From Heteronotia binoei (lineage: Eukaryota): a DNA stretch of 64,000 nucleotides. The position numbers and the translations under genes are program-made. Shown piece after piece: positions 36,963 to 50,012 of the stretch. The notes below the pieces were generated by a model. That model saw nothing but the letters and a program-made list of their open reading frames with translations. It searched no databases and was not told where the DNA came from. The DNA is taken from NCBI RefSeq assembly GCF_032191835.1, contig NC_083228.1, positions 91,574,001 to 91,638,000 on the forward strand, in the 5' to 3' direction. Each line of letters opens with the position of its first letter. Position 1 is the stretch's first letter.

Positions 36963-38158
36963 GTGATAACAGACTCTTAAGTCTAGGAGGTGTTCCAATA
37001 ACTCCCCACCAAGCTCCAATGAACATGAGGCAGGTGCTGCTGCATTATTTCACATACTAACACACTTTTTCCTATACAAACCCTATTCTACTAAATTGCA
37101 TGCTCATATCTGTGCTATTACAAACCTTCCATTCATGTTAATGGGGCTTGTGGATTGCTAGAGCACTGTATTCTACATTTAATCACTACTTAACAAAGAA
37201 GATACATAAGCAGCAGCACCACTAAAAGTTACCTTAATTTGCCTTTAGAATAGAACAGACATCTAAACAGGCAGGGCAATGTCATAAGTCATATTTCAAA
37301 CTCACTCCTCACTTTATCACTACACAAGGTAATGCAGTCATCATTTTAAAGGGATGCCAGCCTGGCCTGGGGAACCCATTACAGAGGAGCCTCCTTCCAG
37401 CAAAAAGAAGTTATTTTGCTATAGCAGAAATGATTCCTTCACACCATCCCATGGTGACGGGAACACCATATGTACTAAGCCAGTCGGCTACACAGGAATA
37501 TTGTTTTGGTTTTAGGAAATGAAAAAGAAGTCCAAGAGATTTTTCTGCCACAGCATATATGGGGTGGTAAAAAGCATCGTTCTAGAAATCCTCCTCCACC
37601 TTAAAGCTTTTCCCAGGTTTTTTGGTTTCTTAAAAAATGTTAAGGTTATATATAATGGAAGATTAAGAATTCCTACCATTAAAAAAAAAACTATAGAGAA
37701 AATTAATTGAAGAAATGAATTAAAGGTCACAGTTCTTTTAACCTCTACACTGTATAAAACGATCTCATTTTCAAGCTGTTTTCTTATCTTAAAGGTGCAA
37801 AAGGAGAAACAATTGAAGACTGGGAATGCGCACTTTGGAGCAAACACATTCAGTTTTTCAGCAGTATTCAGCCATCAGCCATTAAGATGCACACCAACCT
37901 GCTTGTTCATGGGTATACCTCAGTCCTTCTGCCTTATCTTCTCCCTTGGAGAATACCAGTTAGAAACCCATCATATCAGCTTGGTTATGTATATTATATG
38001 CTTCCTGTGTGCAATTCTACTATGCGATAAACAATAGCACAATTTTAAGCTTGGATTAAAATGTGGTTTACAATCCTGGGAGGTAACCTGCCTCATGTTC
38101 ATTGGAGCTTGGTGGGGAGTTATTGGAACACCTCCTAGACTTAAGAGTCTGTTATCAC
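36963..38158. repeat. Perfect 73-bp inverted repeat pair enclosing 1050 bp
   Basis: 36963-37035 is the exact reverse complement of 38086-38158. Confidence 0.95.
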
Positions 38159-40289
38159 ATTTTTTTTAATGTCACATGTCACAGGTATCTGGATTTAGTT
38201 TTTTCAAGGACCTTTCACATAGAGGAGTGCAGTATGTGACTGCAGCAAGCCATTTGTGCACACTGCAGTTGAAATGTCAACTAAGAGACACAACTGAATG
38301 CAGCGTTCATGCAAGATGCCAAGTAGCGGACCTGCACAGCACAAATCCACAATTACAGAAACCTCTTTCCTTTCAAAATTGTTCATAGCAGGATCTTAAG
38401 ACTTCTGCTAGAAGGACTGGGAAGGCTAACACAATTCACATACCTTTCCATTGCATCAGCTACCTAGACAGAGGATAGTTTTTTTTAAATGTTAACATAA
38501 TATGAGGAAGTTTTATAGAATTTCTACTCTGATCAAGCACGGCCTCTGCCAGCCAGTGAGGTCTGATTTCTTATGGACAGTTAGCCCAAAAAATCAGGCA
38601 TAAGCCACATAAGCCCAGCTGATGAGGGCTGGGAGACTACAGCTGGTTTAACACTGTGAAATTAACATGATTTTATCCTGTTCAGAACAAATCTGCTGAA
38701 GTTTGAACTGTTTCTGGGCAATTAGACAGCTGCTGCTGAAGCGGCAGGATCCCGGCAATGGTCAATGGTTGCCCATTCACACTGCTAGCCCGGTGAGCTC
38801 AACTGGAGAAGCGGAGAAATGCACCTCGGAGAGGAGTGAGGGGGAAAAAAGCCTTGACCTTGTTGGAAATGGCTTGGTGCGATCACACAGCTTTTCCGCT
38901 TATGAGTCACCCCACATCATTCAGACAGCAGCTGATTATGCAACCTACATACGATTCAAGGGGGTGCTACCGGGAAAATCCAGGTAGCTTTTTGATGCAG
39001 TAGGAGGCATCTGGAGATGGGGTGAGAATGGGTGCAACTTGGAAGGCAGATGTACTTGTGTGATCATGCACTTTTAATCCAAATGGGAGGCAGGGCTAGG
39101 TTGGGGCAAATCTGTGAAACCACCCTAGTACACTCAGTTTGTAGATGACAGTTATGTGCAGATGACAATTTGAGAGAATTAGACTCAAGCTTCTTTGCCA
39201 AGCACCTCTTTAACGTAACAATAGACATGGTAATGTGTACGTACATTGGGAATGAAAGCTTCTCCAGTCCATTTGGCTGATGAGCTAGGATGTGTTCCAT
39301 GTAATCTGGCCATGATTTCAGGTTTCCTTTTGACCAAATGAGCAACCTTGTCACTAGAGGCATCACCCATCCTCCAGATTCCACATTTGCATTATGACTT
39401 TGATAGTATGGATTTTTAGGCTCTTCAGGGTACTTTACAGATATATAGCCAACTCTTCAGCATTTAGTGGGTGTTAGATACACTAATCTTAGACATCCTC
39501 CCTCATAATATTGGCGTAGTTTTATAGCTAATGGAATTTAAGTGTAAATTGCAAGTCGGCAAGGAACTCAACTTCTTCAGTGGATCTGTCTAGATTTGTA
39601 GTGGCCATCAAAGGACACTCAATAGTTTTGACAGCTTGAAGTCACCATGCAATTTTCTTCAAGTTTGTTAGAAGAATTACCAGTGGCAAAAGATTTTCAC
39701 AGCTCTGATGACTGTGATGAATAGGGAACTACCTAAGAGGAATTCTGTTTATGCAAATATGGAAATTTGACAGACTAATACCAGTTTGGATACAGCAAAA
39801 CATCTAGATACTTCATGGACAGCTTTACACTACAGACTGAAACTGATTTAACAGTCATTCGTTTTCAACACAGAAGCCTGGAAACTTTTTTAGGTGGTGG
39901 GGGGGGGGATTTTTGGAAGAGGTCCTGGGATGAATAAGATTCTCAAGACTCTCATCAAAGTGCAGTTCACTGGAGGAAGTAATTACAATCAAATTGGTAT
40001 AAAACTGATGGAAATCTAGTCAGATACTTTTTACCTTTTCCGCTTCCAAACATATCTGACAGTTTCTATTAGAATCAATATTCAAGCTTAAGATTGTGGT
40101 AAAAACAAAGAGCATTTCAGAGAAATTTGCTTCTTAGGAGAAATTATGAGTTAGTTCTCACCTTTTTAGTTCCAAGCTTTTAAAATGCAGGGCTAATGTT
40201 TTATGGTTCACAAGAAATGCAAGACGTATACCTCTCACGAGAGAAATACTCAAGGTGAACCTTATTTTCAATATATAGTATAGAATACA

Positions 40290-42596
40290 CAATCGTGTTA
40301 CTTCAAAATTTTATTTCAATTATGGGGCCAGCCAGATCTTCTAATAAGAAATGAAATGCTTTCATGGAAGTAGAATTACAATTCTTTACATCTTTTTTAA
40401 AAAACGGTCACACTTTTAGTTATTATTTTAAGCCTTCACGCAGATAAGAAACCACTTCCAGTACAATAGTTTTTAATATGAATAGCACATCAAATGGTCT
40501 TAAATACAACTCTTTTGAATACCAACACTCCAAGGTTTAATGTTTTAAAAAAGTTAGTCACTGTTTCCCATGCCAAATAGTAGAGAAGCAAAACCAATAT
40601 CCAATCATCTTTTAACTTTATATATACACATACATACTTTTAACATTTCTACATTTCACCCCTAATGTGGAAGCCTTATGCATAATGGAGAATAACTTGC
40701 CAAGTTATATTTTCTTCCTCTTAAACTACAATAACCAAAATATAAAAAGGACAGTTAGTACAGAACTATAATACCATCTCACGGTCAGTTTTGCTTGCCT
40801 ATATAAATGATTTAATAGAGGCGTATTAATTTTCTTTCTCTTTCAGTGGACATTATGATTCACCTTGCAAAGGACAGGTTATGACCTCTAAAGGAAGTCT
40901 GACCATGGTGAGACATTCAGAATCACCAGAATCCTATCTTCTGGAGCTATTTTCCTATTTCCTTCGTGAAGGCTTTAAAATGAGTTAAAATGTCAATCAG
41001 GAGATCAATCAACTGGGAAATAATTTAATTAGAAAGAGGCTAGAAAGCAATAAATAATTTTATAGCACTCTCAGTCAGATTCAATCATGCAGAATTTGAA
41101 CTTTCACACTCCTAATCCATAAAGTTGGCTGGTTGTGATCTTAGCACTAATATTAAGATGAATAGATAACATTTTGATAACATAGTTTAGATATATTTAG
41201 CAGGTTTTTTATGATCACAGTAACAAAAACATGGTGCAAAATCAGTCTTTTAAAAAAATAAATACTGATAGTTTGCAGCATTAAGGAACAAGACATTGAC
41301 ACTAGGACAGTTATGAAGTTATGGTTGTTTGAAGGGGAGTTATAAGTTATTTACTCACAACTATCATATCGAGTATTTAACTACATGAAAAGGAATATTT
41401 TCTGTAGATACCCACAAGAAAAACAAATTAGCATCAATTTAGTATAATCTGCATAATTTGCAATTGGCTGAACATAGCACTAAAGATAAGTGAGTAAGGC
41501 CAATATTGAAGAACACAGTTTAGTGGGTTCCAGGACTATGTTTTAATCTACCCTAACAGATGGCACCCATTAGATCTATGAATACAGAAAAAATGGGGTT
41601 TCTTCCTTTTAATGCTGCAGTTTAAGAAATGTGAAATCAGCATTTCCATGTGATCCAAAGTATTCATTACATATGAGCTTTCAAAACTTTGTATCAGGTA
41701 AAAGTTACAGACTAATACATTAACATTCCTCTGCTGTACAAATTAAATCATTTTTAAAAGAAATGAGCAGCCTAAGGAGTTATATACAAAAGAATCCAGC
41801 AAGCATTGTTGAAATGAAATGCAAAGTGTCACTGCTAAGTTCTACTGTCTGAAACGGCTTCAAAGTAAAATTGACAAAAAAAGAGACCCTTTAGAACATA
41901 TTTCCAAGTCTACAACTCAATCAGAAAAAAATCCAAATGTCAAAACAACAACAAAAATCTATAAAGCAGTGAAAGGCATATATACATTTTCCTTATGAAC
42001 TCTGAGATTTCACTCTTTAGAAGTTGCTATGTTTCACTATCAGTTTTATTTGCAAGACAACTCTTCATCCCAGTAAGCTCACATCTTAGATACATTTCCC
42101 CTTTGATTACAAATAAAGCACTGCACATTTTTGTTTTTTGTTTTAAATCAAGGCATACAATCTTATACTATGGTGCCAAATATGCACAGATCACATTGTG
42201 CTCGCATCTCATACAAAGTTAAGTGCAAACATACGGATTGAACCAGATTTGCAAGCATGCATCCCGTCGCTTACATCTAATCTAATACCTTCTTCTATCC
42301 CAAACTATCTTCTATATGTTTGTTTTCATGAACCAATAATCTTTCCCTCCCAAGATTCTTAAAAACAAGCAGTGTGCTTGAATTCAGACACAAATACCAA
42401 AAAGTCCACATTGTGCAAGAAAGCAGCAGCTAGGTTTGTCAACTTGGACTAAAAAAAAAGGAAAAGAAAAACAAACACTGTTCACTGAACAGCAGATTAG
42501 CAGTAATGTTCCTCATGAATTGATAAGAGTGCCTGATGCTGAATATCTAACAGCAAATGCTGAATTTGGATTTAATATTTTAGGGGTTATTGGGTA
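40290..42596 (-). promoter_or_regulatory. CAB39: Putative CAB39 3'UTR
   Basis: AT-rich sequence with no recognisable repeats downstream of the stop. AATAAA on the minus strand at 42050-42045 (proximal) and 40315-40310 (distal). The end point is inferred. Confidence 0.55.
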
Positions 42597-42785
42597 TTAA
42601 GCTTCTTGCTGTGCTGGTCTTTTCAAATCCCTGATCTGTTTAACTAAATAGGTCTTCTCATCATTAAATTGTTCATCCTCGGTCCTGTCATTCTGAAACT
42701 TGCTGAGGAACTCAATAAGTTTGGTCTGGTTCTTTAAGAGAATATCTAATATAGGCTGTGTCTTGTTAGGATTGGCTACAAACAC
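42597..42785 (-). CDS. CAB39: CAB39 last coding exon
   Basis: [62 protein letters not shown]. cag acceptor at 42788-42786. Confidence 0.98.
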   Translation of the reverse strand: MFVANPNKTQPILDILLKNQTKLIEFLSKFQNDRTEDEQFNDEKTYLVKQIRDLKRPAQQEA

Positions 42786-43761
42786 CTGCAATGAAAAAAA
42801 AGGTTCAGTTAATATAAACACAAAACATGAATGATAATATAGATTTTTCACTTAATGTAGAATTCCAAGGAGCCAACTTTCATGGAGGCTAAAAGCACAT
42901 AAGGAATATATATACATTATTTGTCTAAACTAATGAATGGGGAAAAACTCAGATAACATCAGTGTGATTTAGTTCATCAGAATATGTTCACAGCAAAAAG
43001 CAAGCTTATTTGTGCATCTAAACAGTGGTTTACTGCACTCAATCTGCACAAAAAATCAGGACTATTACAAGATGGTGAACAAATTCAGAACCTGCAAGGA
43101 CTCATGGGGGAGTGAAAATCTACTGCGCCCCCACAATCTCCCTAATGATGTTTGTTCATCTTCTTGCTATTTTTGCCTCTGCTCCCCTACTCCCCTTTCT
43201 CTTCTGCTGCCATATAATATTTCTCTGATCCTATGATGTTTCTGCCTCTTTTCCTCCTCCGCACTTTACCTGCAGCTCCTCCTTATATTTTGTATTTTGG
43301 GCTCATGAAGCCATCCAAATTGACAACATAATGCAAGAAGGAACTCTGTTCCTTACTGAAACATCTGTGCATGCAGAAATTGTTTTGCTTGTACATTTTG
43401 GTCCCTCCCCTTTGAAGGGTTTTTTTTAAAAAAAAAAAAAATACTTTGGCTATTAGATGTCCGACTGGTCCCTTTTCAGTAAAATTTCGTGGCTCAGATT
43501 ATTTTAAGGGAAGATAAATAAAAGGGTTTAACTTGCTTGTTTTAATGATTTGGGGCAAAAATGAAAGTGCAGACTCATTAAAGATCGGTTATTAAAAAGC
43601 TATTTGGATTTTAAAATGGAAACTGCTTTGTGCAATGAAACTGGCAATACTTCCTATATATCAAAACTTCTCATCCAGCTTTATTACACCATTCCATGTA
43701 AAATTTACTATAAATATAAGATTCTTTACCATCTGTCCATTTTTTAAAAAGTTGTTTTTAC

Positions 43762-43905
43762 CTTAAAGACATGAAAGGCTTCAAACTGAATGTTGCGACT
43801 CTTGTCTCGTAGAAGGTTCATCATTAGTTTGAGATTTTCAGGTTTACTGATGTACTTTGTCATAATTGTGAAGTTGTGCCTATCCAATAGCAACTCACCA
43901 AGCAG
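43762..43905 (-). CDS. CAB39: CAB39 coding exon (LLGELLLD...FHVFK)
   Basis: [48 protein letters not shown]. 144 nt, cag/gt boundaries. Confidence 0.97.
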
Positions 43906-45098
43906 CTGAAGAATGATAAAAAAAGTGAATTGGATATGTTTTTCACAATGAATACATAATTAGTACCAATGGAAAGGTAAGGGTACCATATCAGAGGTTC
44001 TTAATTCATAATAACTGAAAGCTTCAGATTACTTTTGAAGCTGTGGCCTCTCTGAGTATTCATTCAAACCCTATTCTATCGAAACCTCCATTTGTACAAT
44101 GATTGGAAAGAATCTGAGCATGGGTTCCAGGAGAGCCAGCACAAGTGCACGGTCTACACATCATCTCTCTTCTCTCACACACACAATCAGCTTGTTGTGC
44201 TATGACGGAAGATTCAGTTTGACTCACATGCTTGGGCTGTTCTGGGGCCAACTACTACAGGATTTGGAAACCATTGTTCTTGCCTGGCGTGGGATAATGT
44301 GCAGAGCATGGACTTGGGGATGGGGGGAAAGACTGGGAGAATATTGCCTGTCAAGTCAGTTGCATGCACTCCCATGTGTGCAAATAGTGTTGAATCTTGC
44401 CTTTTGTTATTATAATTACACAACTACACCAAACTGAATTTATAGTCAATTCTGATATTTTGGCAGGTTTTGACTGATGTATGTGCATACAATTTTTTTT
44501 TCTTGAAGACCCCAATATTAATAAAGCATTTAATAAACATTTCACAGGTATGTTTACAATATTCAGTGAGCTGGATCAACTGCAAATGAGATGAGTTTAT
44601 GCAAAGTATCTCTCCTATCTCTCTTTTCCTCCTTCCTCCTTTGAAAAGCTGTACCTGAGGATGGAGTGGACTCTTGAGAACATAATGGGATGTAGTCTGT
44701 GAATGGTGGGAGAAAGCAGAAATCAGCCCTCACCCACTACAAAACAGCAAGAATTTGCATTGGTGAGATTTCTGCAGATTCAACTTTCTCACACATCCCA
44801 GTCTGTTCCTGAGGACCGCTAGACCTCAAGAGCAGCTTTGGAGGAGGAGGGAGTAGGTAGGAAGAGATTTATTCCATGAATTAATTCTGTTCACGGTTCA
44901 CTGTCTCAAACTATTTATTGGTAGAAAAACCCATAGAAGACTGCTGTTATGGAGTTTGCGTTATCCTTGCCAGTAGTCTTCACATTTTTTAGGAGTCTAG
45001 AAAGACTCAAAAGTAAATAGCTTAATCCTACCATTAGCCAATGGTATCCAACTACACCAAAATAGTGGTGTTATACACAAGTGCATAATAACTCTTAC

Positions 45099-45164
45099 CT
45101 TAAGAGACTGTCGTTTAGTCACATAGTTTTCTGAATGGAGTAACTTCTCATATTCACTAAAGAA
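45099..45164 (-). CDS. CAB39: CAB39 coding exon (FFSEYEK...QSLK)
   Basis: [22 protein letters not shown]. 66 nt, tag/gtaaga boundaries. Confidence 0.97.
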
Positions 45165-45749
45165 CTAAATAGAGAAAGGAACAAAAATCAGGACGTTACT
45201 TATCACAAGAATTCTGACCCAAGGGACTACACTGAACTGTAAACACACGTATAAAAATACAGAAACGAACAAGTTACAACTCAAAACATTTCTGATGTGT
45301 TACTCTCTAAAGTGCTTTAACTAGTCCTGTTAACATGAACGAAATGTTCAGGTAATTATTCATGTAAATAAAGTTCAGCAAGTAAGATTTTACTTTCTTA
45401 TCATAAGTGGCCAGTAGATGGAGTGTAACTATCACGTATGCCCTTATAGATAAGTCCCAGATGCATCAAGAAGGGTAAAACAACTGAGGTAGTGCGCCCT
45501 CTAGATGAAAAAACTTCTACTCTACAATTAAGAAACTGTTGTCAAACACTAAAACACTGCACAGCCAACCTAGAATTTAACAAAATAATTTTTAAAAATT
45601 CACAATAATAAAAATAAATTATATACACACACATGTATTTATTTGAAAAAATAAGCCATTGGAGAAGAAAATATTTTCATTAGTCATCTCACTAGAGAAG
45701 CAAATCTTAGCAAATAGTGCAGTCATCATGAGGAACTGAAACTACATAC

Positions 45750-45809
45750 CCTGTCGTAATGCTGTTCCAAGAACTCTGCGCTCAGCAACTTGTGCCTTGT
45801 AAGCAAATC
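45750..45809 (-). CDS. CAB39: CAB39 coding exon (DLLTRHK...HYDR)
   Basis: [20 protein letters not shown]. 60 nt, cag/gtatgt boundaries. Confidence 0.97.
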
Positions 45810-46439
45810 CTGAAAAGACATCAATTTGATAAATTAAAAGGTATTTCCCTTCTAAGTGTCTAGTTTAAGACAAAATTATTTCTTTTCTCTTGGTTGCCAC
45901 AGTGAGTCCCTCTACCAGAAATACAGCATAGGTCAGATGCCTGTAGCCAAGCAACACAGTCTTATGGCATTTTAAGAACTAAAACATTTATTATGGCATA
46001 AGCAGTCTGAAGTTTATACCACTGTGCACTTTTACTTATTTCTTCAGTTCTCCTAGCCTATACTTTTAAACTCATGCCATTCCAAAGTTAACCCATTATT
46101 GTCTTCTAGCCCAAAGCACCAACCCTTTTCTGATGGCTATGTACTGGATGATCAAATAGTATTAATTTTTAAAATAAGCACTTATTCTGGATGTGTTTCA
46201 AAGAACTTTGTTTTTAACAATTCAATGTTTATTAAAGTTATGCATATTATAATACAGTTATAACCTCACAAAATAAATCAAGGTAAGGCTTACAAGTCTT
46301 TCCAAAGGGAGGGAGGGAGAGACAAAGAAAGACTCTTTTTGGTATAGTTTTTTTTAACTATCTTCAAGGCAAATGGAGGATTACAGGATGTGCAGACATA
46401 TTCTGTGACATTTTATCAGCTTTGGTTGTTCCTCAAAAA

Positions 46440-47080
46440 GCATGATCTGGCCATGGTGATCCAAGCTCTGATCACATATAGGCTAGATTAGTGTAAAGTG
46501 CTCTATGTGAGGATGGTCTATGAAAATTGTCCAGAAGGTCCATTTGGTCCAAAATGCAGCAGCCAGGCTGTAGTTGGGGGCAGGGGGTACAGGGATCATA
46601 TTGCCTCTGTGCTGAAATATCTACACTAGCTGCCTGTTTCTAAGAGCTGGTTCTTAACTTTAAGGCCCTAAACGTTTTGGGGTTGGGATACCTGAAAGAC
46701 TGTTTCCTCTCCAGTATTGACCAAGCCAGTCAGTGAAGTGCTGCTTCTCAAGCCTTGCTCTCTGTGCTCTCACCTGGAGAGATGAGGTAGATGCCGACTA
46801 GAGAAAGGCCATTTTCTGTCAAGGCACCTCACCTTTGGAATGGAAACACCTTGCCTGCTGCCTGTCATCTTGTCTTTTAGGCACTCTACCAAATCACTTC
46901 TTTTTTACCCAGGCTTCTAACTATGGGTTTTTGTCTTTTTAGCTGATTGGTGGTCTGTGCCCTGTTTTATGGATTCTTATACTGCTCAACTTTTTTATAT
47001 ACTCATGGCTTATTTTAATAGCGATACCTTTATGGCTGTTTCTGTGGTTTTATGTATTTTTTTAACCTTAAGTCATTTAT
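46440..47080 (+). mobile_element. Old L2 fragment (C-terminal ORF2 and 3'UTR)
   Basis: Begins LAMVIQALITYRLD (compare LATVIHATVTSRLD) and contains gtccaaaatgcagcagccaggctg (VQNAAARL). Frameshifted. Confidence 0.75.
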
Positions 47081-47994
47081 AGAGAGGTTGGATCAACAAA
47101 AGCAACACGGAGTATTTAGTAATAATACATATTAGTTGCCATGCCAGTTATAATGCTATGACATAGCTTAGGCAGATTTCAAGGCTACTGAGGAACATCA
47201 CAACTGAACCTGGCCCTTCCACTTTTAAACTAGGGTTTTCAAATGAGGAGAATACTAAACAAATGTTATTGGCAGCAATGAAATGTGTGCTCTTTTGGTG
47301 TTGGATGACTTTTTGGATGTTTCAAAAGGCATCAAAAGTGTTTGCCAAATAGCTTCATTTTCCCTTAAGTGATATAAAGTCCAACCTGATTGACTCTGAA
47401 GGGTTACCATATTTATTACACAATGCCCAACTGGCTAGAAGTGCATATAAGAAAAATATGTGACAGCTGTGCGGGGTGGGGGGGAGAGCACTGACAAGGT
47501 AAATGCATACAGAAAATAGTTAGAGGAAATGGGCTTTTAAGAACACTTACAATTTAGTGTGTTTCAGAAGTGAAACACTTCCACCCAAACTTGAAAGTCA
47601 GACTTTTGGCATGAAACTTAAAATGAGACATTTGGCGCAACCATAAATCAAACCAGACACACTCCAAATTACACCTTTCTGAACAAAGTAGCTTGAAACT
47701 CCTCCAGTCAGTGAAAATCTAAACACTGCTCAGTGGGAGACAGAGGCTTCTCTGCAGATATTCCTGAAGCCAAGTGAAATTTGTGTTTGTCTTCTGCAAA
47801 AGTGAAGTTACAAAAGGCTCACCTGCTTCAGCATTCTTTTTTGGAACTTAAAAATACTGGTAGATTTGCTGCAATGCTGCTACATTTGCTAATACTAGTG
47901 GTTTATTTGTACACGTTTTTCAATAATTTTTAATTGTCCTAAACTTGACGGAGAAGGCATTTTTAAAAGAGTTATCAAATACAGAAAATGTTAC

Positions 47995-48163
47995 CTTAAA
48001 AGTGGCAAATGCATCTGAAGCTATATCAAATGTTGACATTTCCACATATCTGAAAAAGTCATAAAATTGCTCTGACCACAAGATTATTTTTGCCAGTGGT
48101 TCGTGTCTGATGCACTCTCTTAACATAATTCCACAATTCAATGCGATTTCTGGAGATTCATAC
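47995..48163 (-). CDS. CAB39: CAB39 coding exon (YESPEIAL...ATFK)
   Basis: (G)[56 protein letters not shown]. 169 nt; its first base completes the split Gly codon. Confidence 0.98.
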
Positions 48164-48215
48164 CTGCAGAGTGAGAAATCAACACCTCAGATGTAGAAAT
48201 ACAGTCATTACAAGA

Positions 48216-48522
48216 GGAAAGGAAAGGAAAGGTCCCCTGTGTAAGCACCAGTCATTTCCGACTCTGAGGTGACATCACTCTCACAACATTTTCACGGCAG
48301 ATTGTTTATGGGGTGGTTTGCCATTGCCTTCCCCAATCTTTTACACTTTCCCTCCAGCAAGCTGGGTACTCATTTTACCGACCTCGGAAGGATGGAAGGC
48401 TGAGTCAACCTTGGGCTGGCTACCTGAATCCAGCTTCCACCGGAATCGAACTCAGGTCGTGAGCAGAGAGTTCAGACCACAGTACTGCAGTACTGCTGCT
48501 TTACCTCTCTGTGCCACAAGGT
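48216..48522 (-). mobile_element. Sauria SINE
   Basis: Homologous to 25917-26246, with a (CCTTT)n tail on the minus strand. Confidence 0.9.
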
Positions 48523-48734
48523 CACAAGAAGGCATACATAAACTGGTATATTCCCCTAAAAATGGTTCTGGCAATTAAGGAATATTTATTAGTACAATGA
48601 ACTCTGCTTTGTCAGTGAAATTGCTTATCTGGAGGACTATTAATTATTAAATCTTCAATCCAGATATATTTACTGACCCCTGTTCAACATTTAAATTCCT
48701 GTTTTTCATGTATGAACAAAGCATTGGAAAAACT

Positions 48735-49320
48735 GCAGAAAAGGGAAACTAGAATGATTAAAGGGTGGAACACTTTCCCTATGAAGAAAGGTTAAAACGC
48801 TTGGGGCTCTTTAGCTTAGAGAAATGTTGACTGAGGGGTGACATGACATTACAAGATTTTGCACGGGATAGAGAAGGTAAAGAAATAAGTACTTTCCCCC
48901 TTTCTCACAATACAAGAACTCATGGACACTCAATGAAATTGCTGAGCAGTCAGGTTAGAATGGATAAAAGGAAGTACTTCTTCACCCAAAGGGTGATTAA
49001 CATGTGGAATTCACTGCTACAAGAGGTGGTGGCGGCTACAGGCATAGCCAGCTTCAATAAAGGATTGGATAAACATATGGAGCAGAGGTCCATCAGTAGC
49101 TATTAGCCACAGCATATTGTTGGAACACTCTGTGTGGGGCAAGTGATGCTCTGTATTCTTGGTGCTTGGGAGGAGCAACAGTGTGAGGACTTCCAGTGTC
49201 CTCGCCACACTGATGGACCTCCTGATGGCACCTGGGATTTTTGGCCATTGTGTGACACAGAGTGTTGAACTGGAGGGGCCATTGGCCTGATCCAACATGG
49301 CTTTATGTTCTTATGAATGC
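48735..49320 (+). mobile_element. CR1 LINE 3' fragment
   Basis: RMDKRKYFFTQRVINMWNSL, typical of the CR1 ORF2 end, followed by a 3'UTR ending gatccaacatggctttatgttcttatg. Confidence 0.9.
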
Positions 49321-49959
49321 ATTTCATAGAAAATGATAGAATAAATGGATTCCAGTCTGAAAAGGTTATTTAGGAACTATTATGCATTGCAAGCAGTTAC
49401 AGTTTTTGTATCCACAATTCCAACTTGCTGACAGTTGCAAAATAGTGTGTTTTCTAGCTCCCACTTCCCCTGCAGCACCCAAAAAGCTGCTTCTGAAGAT
49501 GGAATGACCCTTTGGAGAATCCTCACAACATGTGTGCATGGAAGTACTTTCTGCTTGTACATGGAAGGGGAAAAGGGAAGTGGATCAAGTCCTAGGAAAC
49601 TGTGCAAATTCCACAAAGAAACAATGTGCTCTCACCAATGACTTACAGATTCATTCTAACAGCTTTGGAGTGGATGACCTTACAAACTCAAGGCCCATTT
49701 ATTTTGGTTTGTTTTTCATATTTAATTTGTGTGCCTGAGCACCAATATGTAAACTGGAAAAGTCTTTATCTTCTCTATATTCAGTCATAGATGACAGTGA
49801 TGAACATTTTAAAGATACTATGTTATGGCAGCCATGACACTTTTCTTCCATCCTTTCACTGCATCTGCAAGTGTCACCTATCTGGGATGGCAAATAAGCC
49901 TGGAGAATTGAGGCTCTCCTCACCCAAAAGTTGCAGATTCACTATACCTTGGCAGACAA

Positions 49960-50012
49960 AATTTATTTATTTTATTGGCTTTATATCCCACCCTCCCTGC
50001 CGAAGCAGGCTC
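49960..50012 (-). mobile_element. Isolated L2 3' terminus
   Basis: Minus strand tgagcctgcttcggcagggagggtgggatataaagccaataaaataaataaattt. Confidence 0.7.
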
